From Desulfobacterales bacterium (GTDB lineage Bacteria > Desulfobacterota > Desulfobacteria > Desulfobacterales > UBA2174), in NCBI GenBank assembly GCA_963668645.2, contig CAXXWC010000021.1:96001-160000 (forward strand): DNA of 64,000 nucleotides, in the 5' to 3' direction. Of this stretch, positions 1 through 9,138 are shown piece by piece. The position numbers were made by a program, and so were the translations under genes. The notes under the pieces are model-generated. The model ran no database searches. It had not been told where the DNA came from and saw nothing but the letters and a program-made list of their open reading frames with translations. Within the stretch, counting starts at the first letter, position 1, and each line of letters starts with the position of its first letter.

Positions 1-101
1 CCGGCAATCCCGTCAACCCATCACTCAAAGAACATGCCATCCGGTCCAATTCATCGGGCCATCCCTGTAGACGCTCCCAAGAAGGCACGGCGCAGCCGCG
101 C

Positions 102-740
102 TCACACCATCTGCACCCGGGGCCGCTCGCCGGGCGTAATTTCGACCAGGGCACCGCCGCCGCCCTTTCCCAGGCTGCAATTGACCACCACCGTCCGCTC
201 CAAGACCACCACGCCGGCCTGCTCGTGAATATGGCCGCAGAGCACCAACTGAGGGGCTGCACTGTCGATGAGCCGGCGCAGGGCACGGCAGCCGGCATGA
301 AAACGGCCCAGCACCACATCTAGAATCCCGTAAGGCGGTGGATGGGCCACCAGCACCGTATCGGCGTTTGCCAGTTCTGCCAGCCGCTGCGCCACGGCAC
401 TGTCGTGCCAGGACATGCGCGAGGCCAAAGGCAGCGGAACCGTCCCGCTGGCTCCCACAAAGGGCACCCCGTCCATCTCGACCCGCTTGAGATGCAGCCC
501 GTTGATGTTCGGATAGATGTCGAACAGCTCCTCGATGCGCGCCGGATCCGTATTGCCGCGCACCGCCAGAATCGGTACGGGCAGTTCGTCGAAAAGGTCC
601 AAGATTCTCTCGGGCCTGCGAAACTGGCAAAGATCTCCCGCGATCACCAGAACATCCGGCAAGGCACGGGCCACGGTGTCGCGGATGCGGCGCAGCCGCT
701 CTTCACGGGCATGAATGTCTGCAACGGCATAGATGCGCAT
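102..740 (-). CDS. Calcineurin-like metallophosphoesterase (Icc-related)
   Basis: Motifs ADIH, AGDL, RGNTD, HPPPYG and CGHIHE in canonical order. Confidence 0.9.
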   Translation of the reverse strand: MRIYAVADIHAREERLRRIRDTVARALPDVLVIAGDLCQFRRPERILDLFDELPVPILAVRGNTDPARIEELFDIYPNINGLHLKRVEMDGVPFVGASGTVPLPLASRMSWHDSAVAQRLAELANADTVLVAHPPPYGILDVVLGRFHAGCRALRRLIDSAAPQLVLCGHIHEQAGVVVLERTVVVNCSLGKGGGGALVEITPGERPRVQMV

Positions 741-1009
741 GGGAAGGCTCCTTTAGACGGGCAAATTTTTTGGCAGACGTTTGGAGAAGCGATTGTACTA
801 TGGTTGCCGCGGCAATGCCATAACAGCCTTTGGCCAGACTGCTCGCTCTCAAGCGCCATACGCCGTTGCGGCCGCTTCCAGAGTGCCGGGCACCTCGATT
901 TTCTACAGTCGACAATCCAAAGAGACTGCCGTCTTGGCGCGAATTGTGGTAAGACCTGTCCACTTTGCAGCGCATCTATCCTTCCACCCCTCAGACCCGA
1001 GAGACAACC

Positions 1010-1786
1010 ATGATCGAAGCGAAAATCAAGGATCTGGCTTTTACGGCCAACCGCTGGCCTCCGTCGGCCGATCGGCCGACGGTGCTTTTTATCCACGGCA
1101 GCGGCGGGTCCAACGGACTGTGGCAAAACCAGGTCCAAGGCCTGGGTGCGGCCGTCAATGCCGTGGCGGTGGATCTGCCCGGCCACGGGGCCAGCGGCGG
1201 CGAGGGCTGCGAACGGGTCGAAGACTATGCCCTGGAAGTGGCAGCCTTTATCGAGGCGGCCGCCCTGCCACGGCCGGTCCCCTGCGGTCTTTCCATCGGC
1301 GGGGCGATTGTTTTGCAGCTGTTGCTCGATTATCCTGAAGTCTTTCCGGCCGGCATCCTCTGCTGCACCGGGGCGAGGCTGCGGGTAGCACCGGCTATTT
1401 TGGAAACCATCGCCAGCAACTATGCCGGGTTCGTGGATATGCTGGGTCTGATGGGATCTGCGGCCGACACCGACCCGGCCTGCCTGCAACCGGCCGTGGA
1501 GGCGGCCCGGTGTTGCCGGCCCGAGGTGACCCTCAACGACTTCAAGGCCTGCAACCGTTTCGACGTCATGGGACGACTCGGCGAAATCTTCCGGCCGGTG
1601 CTGATCGTTTCCGGGGCCGAGGATCAACTGACGCCGCCCAAATACGCCGATTACCTCGAACAGCATATCTTCGAGGCCGAACGGGTCCATCTGGCCGCAG
1701 CCGGTCACCTTTTGCCCTTGGAGCAGCCCGAGGCCCTCAACGATGCCATAAACCGATTCATGAAAGGATTGACTTTCGGCGGATAG
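1010..1786 (+). CDS. Alpha/beta fold hydrolase
   Basis: FIHG oxyanion motif, DLPGHG, GLSIGG nucleophile elbow, G-x-x-D and AGHL catalytic residues; start moved to ATG 1010. Confidence 0.9.
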   Translation: MIEAKIKDLAFTANRWPPSADRPTVLFIHGSGGSNGLWQNQVQGLGAAVNAVAVDLPGHGASGGEGCERVEDYALEVAAFIEAAALPRPVPCGLSIGGAIVLQLLLDYPEVFPAGILCCTGARLRVAPAILETIASNYAGFVDMLGLMGSAADTDPACLQPAVEAARCCRPEVTLNDFKACNRFDVMGRLGEIFRPVLIVSGAEDQLTPPKYADYLEQHIFEAERVHLAAAGHLLPLEQPEALNDAINRFMKGLTFGG

Positions 1787-2012
1787 GCCCGCATCGGCCG
1801 GGGCTTTGTTGTTTAAAGGATTCCTGGCAGGGTGCGCGGCGACAGGCACAAATCGCCAAAGGGCCACCGGCCGGCAGCATATCCAATTGCCTGCACCGGC
1901 CAATTCCGTTAACATATCATCCTGTGGGCAATCCCCCGATCCTGCGGTTATGCCGCTTTACGGGCATTTCAGCACCAGTGGGATCAAGAGCGCTTTTTCA
2001 AGGAGGATGCAG

Positions 2013-2774
2013 ATGGGTGCACTGAGCTTCAATCTTGACGGCAGGGTTTTTCTGGTTACCGGCGGCAGCCGGGGCATCGGCTTGGAGGTGGCCCGCCGCC
2101 TGCTGGCGGAAAATGCCAAGGTGGCCATCTGCGGGCGCAAGACGGCCAATCTGGAGACTGCCGCGGCAGAACTGAACGGTGGTGACCGTTTTCTGGCCAT
2201 GCCGGCCCACATCGCCCAGGAACAAGACGCGGATCGACTCTTTGACGCGGTGCTGGATCGCTTCGGCCGCCTGGACGGACTGATCAACAACGTCGGGATG
2301 AACATCGCCACCGGAACCCTGGATGCCGACGTGGGCCTTTGGCGCAAGATTGTGGATACCAACCTCACCGGAACCTATATCTGCGCCCGCAAGGCCGGAC
2401 AGATCATGCGCGCTCAAAAAGGTGGCAAAATCGTTTCCATCTCCTCGGTGGCCGCCCGGCGGGCGGCCCCATTCATGGGTATTTACGGGGTGGCCAAGGC
2501 CGGCATCGAGATGCTCACCAAGGTTCTGGCCCAGGAATTGGCCCCTTTCAACGTCCAAGTCAACGCCGTGGCCCCCGGGATGGTGCGCACCGCTTTCAGT
2601 CAGCCTTTCTGGTCCAACACCGAGATTCACACCCAGATCGTCGAGCGCATCCCCCTGAAACGGATCGCCGAGCCTGCCGACGTGGCCCATGCCGCCCTGT
2701 TTCTCAGCTCCGCGGCGGCCGATTACATCACCGGTCAGACCCTGGTGGTGGATGGTGGTGCCAGCGCGGTATGA
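2013..2774 (+). CDS. Short-chain dehydrogenase/reductase (SDR)
   Basis: TGGSRGIG, NNVG, YGVAK, NAVAPG, GQTLVVDGG; AGGAGG RBS at 2001-2006. Confidence 0.93.
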   Translation: MGALSFNLDGRVFLVTGGSRGIGLEVARRLLAENAKVAICGRKTANLETAAAELNGGDRFLAMPAHIAQEQDADRLFDAVLDRFGRLDGLINNVGMNIATGTLDADVGLWRKIVDTNLTGTYICARKAGQIMRAQKGGKIVSISSVAARRAAPFMGIYGVAKAGIEMLTKVLAQELAPFNVQVNAVAPGMVRTAFSQPFWSNTEIHTQIVERIPLKRIAEPADVAHAALFLSSAAADYITGQTLVVDGGASAV

Positions 2775-2801
2775 AGGCTGCGGTCAGGAAGCGGAGGCGG
2801 C

Positions 2802-3962
2802 ATGCCGTTTGAAGACCTCACCGATTTTTTAAAGCTCTCCTCGGCGCTGAACTACAATCTTTCGGCGGCCTCGGTCAATCGCTACAACGTGCTGTTGTTC
2901 ATCATGGGCGGCAAACGCCTGGCAGATGAGGAAGGGCGCGACCGGGAGCAGAAGGCCGTGCTCATGGAGGCCTTGTCCTATCTGTTCGAGGCCTATCGCA
3001 ACAAGCGGCGGCGCCTGGGGCCCATGGCGGTCCTGCACCCCTTGCGCACTGCGGCCATCATGGCCCGCTCGGTGGAAAAGTTTGACGCCATCGACCTGCT
3101 GTCAGTCTTGTTTCACGACGTTCTCGAAGACATCGAAACCGTTGATTTCACTCCCGTGGCCTGGCAGGAGCTCGAAGGGCGCATGTACGACCTTTTCGAG
3201 CGCCTGGAGCCGGAGGATGAATGGCGGCTCAATGAACGGCTCCAGGCGTTGACCCGTTTTGCATCGGAGTCGTATTACCAGTATATCGGCCGCCTGCTCG
3301 AACGGGCCGAGGCGATCCCCCGGCTGGTGCCGATCAAGATGGCCGACCGGCTGGACAATACCCTGGATCTGCGTATCGAGCTGAGCGACCCGATGGAGGG
3401 GATCAACTTCTTCGAAGGGCTGTTCAACATCCTTTTCGTCGGGGCCCCGGCCGGCGGCGAGATGATGGCCGCCACTCGCTCCACCGCCTCGATCAACGAT
3501 TCGCGCCGCCTCTACCAGCTTTTCAAGAACTCCGTCCTGCTGTCGATGATGCGCCAAAGAAAACAGGGCGGCGAGCAGGACGGCGAAAGGATCATCTTCG
3601 ATGCCATCTGTGCGGCGAGCCTCAAGGAGGCCCAGCGCACCCTGATCCACGTGGCCAGCCACCTCAAGGGTGACCGCGACCGGTTGCGCCGTCTGGTGCT
3701 GGACGCCATGTTCTACTGCCACGAGGGGCGCATCAGCATGGCCACCTTGCCGGACCGGCGCCATACGCTCGACGGCCTTTTTGCCACCTACTTCGCCGCC
3801 GACGAACGCAGTGTGCGCGCCCAGCGCCTTGATGAGCTGTTCGGCAACAAGCCGCTCATGATCCAGGCCTCCATCGCCTTTATGGTGATTTTCACTTCCT
3901 TCCGCGCCAATCCGGACTTTTTCGTGCGCGGCATCTCCACGGCGGGCGTCCGTCCCGAATAG
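2802..3962 (+). CDS. HD-domain protein, RelA/SpoT (Mesh1-like) hydrolase fold with C-terminal extension
   Basis: HPLRTA...FHDVLED...ALTR...IKMADRLDN match the RelA/SpoT hydrolase motifs; no synthetase motifs seen. Confidence 0.7.
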   Translation: MPFEDLTDFLKLSSALNYNLSAASVNRYNVLLFIMGGKRLADEEGRDREQKAVLMEALSYLFEAYRNKRRRLGPMAVLHPLRTAAIMARSVEKFDAIDLLSVLFHDVLEDIETVDFTPVAWQELEGRMYDLFERLEPEDEWRLNERLQALTRFASESYYQYIGRLLERAEAIPRLVPIKMADRLDNTLDLRIELSDPMEGINFFEGLFNILFVGAPAGGEMMAATRSTASINDSRRLYQLFKNSVLLSMMRQRKQGGEQDGERIIFDAICAASLKEAQRTLIHVASHLKGDRDRLRRLVLDAMFYCHEGRISMATLPDRRHTLDGLFATYFAADERSVRAQRLDELFGNKPLMIQASIAFMVIFTSFRANPDFFVRGISTAGVRPE

Positions 3963-3967
3963 GTAAA

Positions 3968-4549
3968 ATGACATCCATCGAAGCGTTAAAAGGTAAAAAA
4001 GTACACTCGCGCCGCATTACCATCGAAAGCTGGACCGCGCCACAGGGGATTGTGATCGAAGGAAGGCTGCACGACAAACGTCTGGCGGAGACTTTTACCA
4101 TAAGCGGCACTCGACGTCCGCCTGGCACGGTGCATGATTTGACCGTGAGGCTGCACATTACCGGCCCGCCCCTGGTGGTGGCCGCCGTCGAGGCTGAAAT
4201 GCCCGGAGTGCCCTACAGTCAATGCCGTGAGATCCTGGCCAAGATGCAAAAAGTGGTGGGGCTGCCGATCGTGGCCGGATTCACCGCAAGAGCCAAGCGG
4301 CTTCTGGGCGGGGTGCGCGGCTGCGCCCACCTGACCACCCTGCTTTTGGCCATGGGACCTGCAGCGGTGCAGGGGTTCTGGGCCGTGCGGGCCTCACAGC
4401 CGGTATCGGTGGTGTCTGAAACAACCACTGCCATGGCCCAGTATTTGATCGACACCTGCCATGTCTGGCGGCGCGACGGGCCCCGGGTTCAAGATATGCT
4501 GGCGCCGGCGGCCGCCGAGAAAATAGCTTCCAAGTCCAAAGGAGCGTAG
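3968..4549 (+). CDS. DUF2889-like protein
   Basis: HSRRI, GRLHD, VHDL, GGVRGCAHL and IDTCHVW pattern typical of this family. Confidence 0.75.
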   Translation: MTSIEALKGKKVHSRRITIESWTAPQGIVIEGRLHDKRLAETFTISGTRRPPGTVHDLTVRLHITGPPLVVAAVEAEMPGVPYSQCREILAKMQKVVGLPIVAGFTARAKRLLGGVRGCAHLTTLLLAMGPAAVQGFWAVRASQPVSVVSETTTAMAQYLIDTCHVWRRDGPRVQDMLAPAAAEKIASKSKGA

Positions 4550-4591
4550 ATCTGCCTGTGGACAATTGAAACGGGCCGGATCGGAAATCCC

Positions 4592-5542
4592 TTATACATC
4601 ACCCATAGTCGGCTCGCCTTTACACAGATAGTAGATCAGACCGTGGACGCGGCGGCTTTCCACCTCGCCTGCCACCGCCAGCTCCTCCAGGTACTTGGCC
4701 ACCTCGTTGAGGTGCATCTGCAGTCCGTCGGCGATATCCCCGGCCGTGCAGGGGCGCCGGCGCAGCAGATCGGCCACCTCCCGGCGGCCGGCGGCGAACT
4801 CCGGCTGCCGATGGATCCCATGGAAGTCGGATATCACCTCGGCGCAGGGCGTGAACAGCCCGGCCAGTTCGGCCATGCGCTGGGCGGGCAGCCCGGCGGC
4901 ATAGTCTTCGGCCGGCGGCCGGCAGACCGTGTTGAGCTGAACCCGTTCCGGTTCGATGCGCCGCACCTGTTCGACCAGTGACGCGATCTGCCCCGGCAGG
5001 CCTGTAAAACCGTTGAGCAGGAAAACCTCCAGCCAAAAATGCCCGCGAAATTCTTCGCGCATGCGCACCAGCCCATCGACCACGGCCGCGAAATCGATGG
5101 ACCGATGGGGCCGGTTGACCGTTTCGAAAATCGCCGTATCCCCTGCATCCAAGGACGGTACCAGCAGGTCGGCTGCGGCCAGTTCGCGGCGCACTTCAGG
5201 CTGCCAGAGCAGCGAGCCGTTGGTCAGCACGGCCACGGGAATATCGGTGATCTGCTTGATGCGGGTGATCAGCTCCCCGAGTCGGGCATAGAGGGTCGGC
5301 TCCCCGGAACCGCTCAAGGTAATGTAATCCGGCCGGCGCTCCAGGGCCCCGCGCAGATCCGATATCACCCGGTCCAGGGGGACATATTCGCGCCTGGACA
5401 CGGTCAGCTCGCTGGTGCGGCCCAACTGGCAATAGATGCAGTCGAAACTGCACGTCTTCATCGGCACCAGATCGACGCCCAGGCTGCGTCCGAGGCGCCG
5501 GGACGGCACCGGTCCGAAAACGAAGCGGGACGCCGCGCTCAT
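4592..5542 (-). CDS. Radical SAM Fe-S oxidoreductase (COG0731-like) with C-terminal HTH
   Basis: FGPVPSRRLGRSLGVDL, CxxxCxxC (CSFDCIYC), SGSGEPTL; start at ATG 5542. Confidence 0.88.
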   Translation of the reverse strand: MSAASRFVFGPVPSRRLGRSLGVDLVPMKTCSFDCIYCQLGRTSELTVSRREYVPLDRVISDLRGALERRPDYITLSGSGEPTLYARLGELITRIKQITDIPVAVLTNGSLLWQPEVRRELAAADLLVPSLDAGDTAIFETVNRPHRSIDFAAVVDGLVRMREEFRGHFWLEVFLLNGFTGLPGQIASLVEQVRRIEPERVQLNTVCRPPAEDYAAGLPAQRMAELAGLFTPCAEVISDFHGIHRQPEFAAGRREVADLLRRRPCTAGDIADGLQMHLNEVAKYLEELAVAGEVESRRVHGLIYYLCKGEPTMGDV

Positions 5543-5688
5543 AGCAACCTTCCACAACCGGGCTGGCCGCGGCGCCGGGTGCGCCCGCACCGGGTTTGGC
5601 CGGCAAGCTCAAGCCGGGCCGTGGTATTGGGCTGGAACCATTCGATGGTCCGGCCGAAAATATGACAATGGCAATTATGAATCGACAT
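5539..5688 (-). CDS. Small 49-aa hypothetical protein (MSIHNCHCHIF...)
   Basis: GGAAAGGA RBS-like sequence upstream; stop overlaps the radical SAM start (ATGA). Confidence 0.35.
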   Translation of the reverse strand: MSIHNCHCHIFGRTIEWFQPNTTARLELAGQTRCGRTRRRGQPGCGRLL

Positions 5689-5723
5689 GGACTGCGCGTT
5701 TCCTTTCCGTTGTGACAAAGCCG

Positions 5724-5751
5724 CGGGCCCCTGAAACAGATCAGGGGCCCG
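5724..5751 (-). terminator. GC-rich hairpin after DUF5320 gene (terminator or RNA-stabilising stem)
   Basis: CGGGCCCCTGA-N6-TCAGGGGCCCG perfect 11-bp stem; U-tract weak. Confidence 0.45.
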
Positions 5752-5762
5752 GCCGGCTGCGA

Positions 5763-6110
5763 TCATTCCTCTGGTCGTTCTGGGGGCTGCATGGCCGCCA
5801 GGCGCTGTTGGACATCTTCGAGCTGGCGACGCAACGCGTCGGCCTCTTGCCTCAAAATGCGTGCTTCGGCTTCCGCATCCGGGGTTGGATAACCGGAAGG
5901 GACTGCCCATCCGGCAAAACGGCCAGAATCGTCCCGCAACCGGCGCTGACCCAATCCTCTACCGCAGGCGAAACGGCCGCCGCCGAAACCGAAGCGGTAT
6001 CCGCGCCAGCCGCGGCCGTAGCCGGGGCCGGCATAGCCGCTGCAAAAACCCATTCCCCCACCGGTGCGGGGGCCCTGGCCCATAGGGCCGCGTCTGTCTC
6101 CACCGGGCAT
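5763..6110 (-). CDS. DUF5320 family glycine-rich protein
   Basis: MPGGDRRGPMGQGPRTGGGMGFC N-terminus, Gly/Arg-rich middle, C-terminal coiled coil; GGAGG RBS. Confidence 0.85.
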   Translation of the reverse strand: MPGGDRRGPMGQGPRTGGGMGFCSGYAGPGYGRGWRGYRFGFGGGRFACGRGLGQRRLRDDSGRFAGWAVPSGYPTPDAEAEARILRQEADALRRQLEDVQQRLAAMQPPERPEE

Positions 6111-6148
6111 GATACACCTCCTTGATGTGTGCAAGTTGCATGATCCGC

Positions 6149-6511
6149 TTAACGCCGGCCGCGCCGGCGACGCTGGCACCGGCACCCGGGCATGAATAGA
6201 TCCTCATGCGGATATCCATGGTTCAGATAACTGTCCAGCACGCTTTGCACCGGTCCGCAAAAAAAAGCCAGCACCCGGATGCCGGCCGCCGCCAAAGCGG
6301 CTTCCAGGTTACCGGAGATCGCACCGCAGATCAGCACGTCAACACCCAAATCCGAAATCCGGCGGACCCGTCGAAATCCCTGGCATCCGCTCAGATCGAC
6401 TTGCCGGCGCCCGATTTCGCGCCCTTCGAGCACCTCGATTATCCAGAGCCGCCCGCAGACGTCTAAAACCGGCGCCACCCTTCCCTGCCAATCCGGTATG
6501 GCGATCTTCAT
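6149..6511 (-). CDS. NifB/NifX family (dinitrogenase FeMo-cofactor binding domain) protein
   Basis: MKIAIP...RVAPVLD...GVDVLICGAIS...GIRV; next to DUF5320 as in orange-protein-type clusters. Confidence 0.82.
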   Translation of the reverse strand: MKIAIPDWQGRVAPVLDVCGRLWIIEVLEGREIGRRQVDLSGCQGFRRVRRISDLGVDVLICGAISGNLEAALAAAGIRVLAFFCGPVQSVLDSYLNHGYPHEDLFMPGCRCQRRRRGRR

Positions 6512-6524
6512 ACCCATGGCATGA

Positions 6525-6541
6525 TGCAACCAAGATGCCGA
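6525..6541 (-). promoter_or_regulatory. Sigma54 (-24/-12) promoter
   Basis: Minus strand TCGGCATCTTGGTTGCA = GG-N10-GC, close to TGGCAC-N5-TTGCA. Confidence 0.65.
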
Positions 6542-6713
6542 TGCGTTTCCAAACAGGCCCCAAATCGCCTAACCATTTAAAAATACGACAATGCGGCAGG
6601 TTGATCGGGGTATGGAAGATTGTAGGCGGCCTCTTCATTCTATGCAAATTGCATTGTCTTCCGGCAGGGCAACCATGCAAATCACCTTTTTACAAGGTTC
6701 CGATTCGGATCCC

Positions 6714-7529
6714 TCATCCGTTTATGGCAACCCCATGGCGCACCCCGAGCCGGGAAAACATCTGCGACAGGCCGGCGGCCAGGGTGTAAATCGATCCGAT
6801 GCTGAGGTTGGACGTGGCGGTTTCATCGAAAAAAAGGTTCAAACTCGAGTCCAGACCCTCGTCCGCCTTCCAATAGCTGATCATCAAAGGGACCTTGGGC
6901 AAAGGATCGAGAACCACCGAAATGTCCGATTCGAATTGGGCCTCAACCTGGCGCCCGCTGAACATGTGGATGATGTCCTCAAAAAAATCGGGCAGGCCAT
7001 CGGCAAGCTGTTTCATCGGCGTCTCGCATCGTTTTTCAAAAAGCGGGCCGCGCTCCTTGCCCCCCGGCAGTTCTCGAAAAGGAACCCAGATGCCTTCCGG
7101 CGACCGGCCTTGGGCATCGAGGACGTATTCGAGAAAGGGCACGGCCACCCAGGGATTGACATGGATATCGGCGTAGAGTCGGCCCTCTCGGTCGACGCTG
7201 AAATTCTTGCCCATGATCCTGATCGTCAACTTGCCGTTTTCCGTTTGGCCGCCGATTCTTTCCGCCGTCTGGCTGAAATCGATGTCCCGGATCCGGCTCT
7301 TGAGTTGCTGCAAATAGTCTTCGCGCACCGTATCGGCCGGATTGGCATCCCCTTTGCCGTCCGTATAGCGTTCGACCACCGCCCGCTCCAGGTAAGGGCA
7401 GTCTGCGATGGCGCGCCGGCTCTGAAACACCGCCCCGGCAAAGGCGAGGCAGGTCTTCTCGCCGCATTCCTGGCAGTTGGATTTGTTGAGCAGCTTGAAT
7501 ATCTCCATAGCGTTTTGCGCCTTGGCCAT
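6714..7529 (-). CDS. Fe-S cluster domain + DUF3786 protein
   Basis: N-terminal LNKSNCQECGEKTCLAFA...CPYL Fe-S motif followed by DUF3786-like W..FRELPGG and PLPKVP. Confidence 0.8.
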   Translation of the reverse strand: MAKAQNAMEIFKLLNKSNCQECGEKTCLAFAGAVFQSRRAIADCPYLERAVVERYTDGKGDANPADTVREDYLQQLKSRIRDIDFSQTAERIGGQTENGKLTIRIMGKNFSVDREGRLYADIHVNPWVAVPFLEYVLDAQGRSPEGIWVPFRELPGGKERGPLFEKRCETPMKQLADGLPDFFEDIIHMFSGRQVEAQFESDISVVLDPLPKVPLMISYWKADEGLDSSLNLFFDETATSNLSIGSIYTLAAGLSQMFSRLGVRHGVAING

Positions 7530-7678
7530 GTCACCATCCCTTTCTTTGGCTTGAATACGCGGGCTGCATCCTTCAATTTTAGAAAACCATCAGAAATTGC
7601 CAGCACCTCCAGGCCTTGTCAAGCCTTTGCCGGAACGTTTGCACTGCAATTTCATGCTTCGTGTTTTTTCGGGGCGTT

Positions 7679-9103
7679 TCAACCGGACTCGAAGCTGCGT
7701 TTGGCCGCCAGAAACGCAGGAGCGTTGCGCAGCAAGCGCCAGAGGCTGTGACGGTGGGCCCAGAGCCGTTTTCTGAACCGGCGGCGCCATGCCGGGCTCT
7801 CATAGAACCGTTTGACATGGCGGTTGTATAGCTTTTCCAGCAGTTGCCGTGAGTCGATGCCCCGGGGGAGAAAAACGAAATTGAGGCAATTCATCTTGCG
7901 CCAGTCGTGGTCAAAGCTTCCCGCTTCCGGGATCTGGGGCCAGATCGGCGCCCCGAAAAAAGGGGTAAACTTGGACATGTTCATATCGTCCAGATCCAGC
8001 GACAGGACAAGATCACTGGTCTGGCGGATCGATTCAGGCGTGTCGCCGGGAAGTCCCATCATGAAAAGCCCCTTGGCCCTCAAGCCCCGCGATTGGATCC
8101 GGCGCACCGTGTCGCGCACCCCGGCCAGGTCCACTCCGGGCTTGTGCACCGCCATCAATTGTGGGCTCCCGGTTTCGATCCCCAGCGAAAGCTGTAAAAA
8201 TCCCGCCGCTTTGAGCAGATCGAGCAGTTCGTCGTCGGCATGGCCGACGCGCACGGCACAGTTGAACTGCATGCCCAGGGGATGCGCGATCAGCCGCCGG
8301 CAAAGATCGATGACACGCGAGCGCCGGGTGGTGAACAGATCGTCATAGATGTTGACGTGCCGCACCCCGAAGCGCCGGCGCAGATAACGCAAGTGTTCGT
8401 AAACGTATTCGGCTGAATTATAGCGAAATCCGCGCCGGAACACCGACCGGTCGCAGTAGGAGCACCGGTAGGGACAGCCGCGGCTGGTGACCATGGTCGC
8501 CCCGGGACTGCGGGTATAGCTGAAAAGCGGCAGGTGATAGCCTCCCGGAAACCGGTCGAGCTTTTCATAGGCCGGAAACGGAAGGCTATCCAGATCGGCG
8601 ATGAGCACCCGGGGCGCATTGGTCACCACCTGGTCACCGCGCCGCCAGATCAGACCGTTGATCTCTTCGGGCGCCCGGCCCTCGGCCACCTCGGCCAGGG
8701 TCAGTTCCCCCTCCCCGGCACACAGGTAGTCGATCCAGGGAAAATGGCGCAGCAGCGGTGCGCCCATGGCCGATACGTGTACGCCGCCGAAAACCGTGGT
8801 AAGGGCTGGATCAGTGCGCTTCAGGGCCTCGGCCATGGCATAACCGTCTAAAAAACCGGAAGTCGTCGTGGAAAAGCCCACCAGGTCCGGCCGCAGCCGT
8901 TGCACCAGTCTTGCGTTGGCTGCGGCACCGTCCGGGGCACGGGGACCGAGGCAGTCGTGGACAAAAACCGTATGCCCCCGCTGTTGCAGAAATGCTGCGA
9001 TGGACAGGATGCCCAGGGGAGCCATACGGTTGGCTGTGGGGGTGACGTCCTTTCGCCCCGGGACCCAGTTGGATCCGGCCGGATGTACGAGAACGATTCG
9101 CAT
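7679..9103 (-). CDS. B12-binding domain radical SAM protein (class B methyltransferase-like)
   Basis: PLGILSIAA, PDLVGFS, FGGVH, GEGE, TSRGCPYRCSYC, DDLF, GIETG, FMMGLPG. Confidence 0.92.
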   Translation of the reverse strand: MRIVLVHPAGSNWVPGRKDVTPTANRMAPLGILSIAAFLQQRGHTVFVHDCLGPRAPDGAAANARLVQRLRPDLVGFSTTTSGFLDGYAMAEALKRTDPALTTVFGGVHVSAMGAPLLRHFPWIDYLCAGEGELTLAEVAEGRAPEEINGLIWRRGDQVVTNAPRVLIADLDSLPFPAYEKLDRFPGGYHLPLFSYTRSPGATMVTSRGCPYRCSYCDRSVFRRGFRYNSAEYVYEHLRYLRRRFGVRHVNIYDDLFTTRRSRVIDLCRRLIAHPLGMQFNCAVRVGHADDELLDLLKAAGFLQLSLGIETGSPQLMAVHKPGVDLAGVRDTVRRIQSRGLRAKGLFMMGLPGDTPESIRQTSDLVLSLDLDDMNMSKFTPFFGAPIWPQIPEAGSFDHDWRKMNCLNFVFLPRGIDSRQLLEKLYNRHVKRFYESPAWRRRFRKRLWAHRHSLWRLLRNAPAFLAAKRSFESG

Positions 9104-9138
9104 GCGGCGACGCAGCCCTTCTCCTTTATGATTTCAAG

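Noticed and set aside
6714..9103. Functional link between the B12-binding radical SAM / Fe-S DUF3786 genes and the cobalamin riboswitch locus
   Set aside because: More than 40 kb apart, in a different compositional context, with no shared regulatory motif seen
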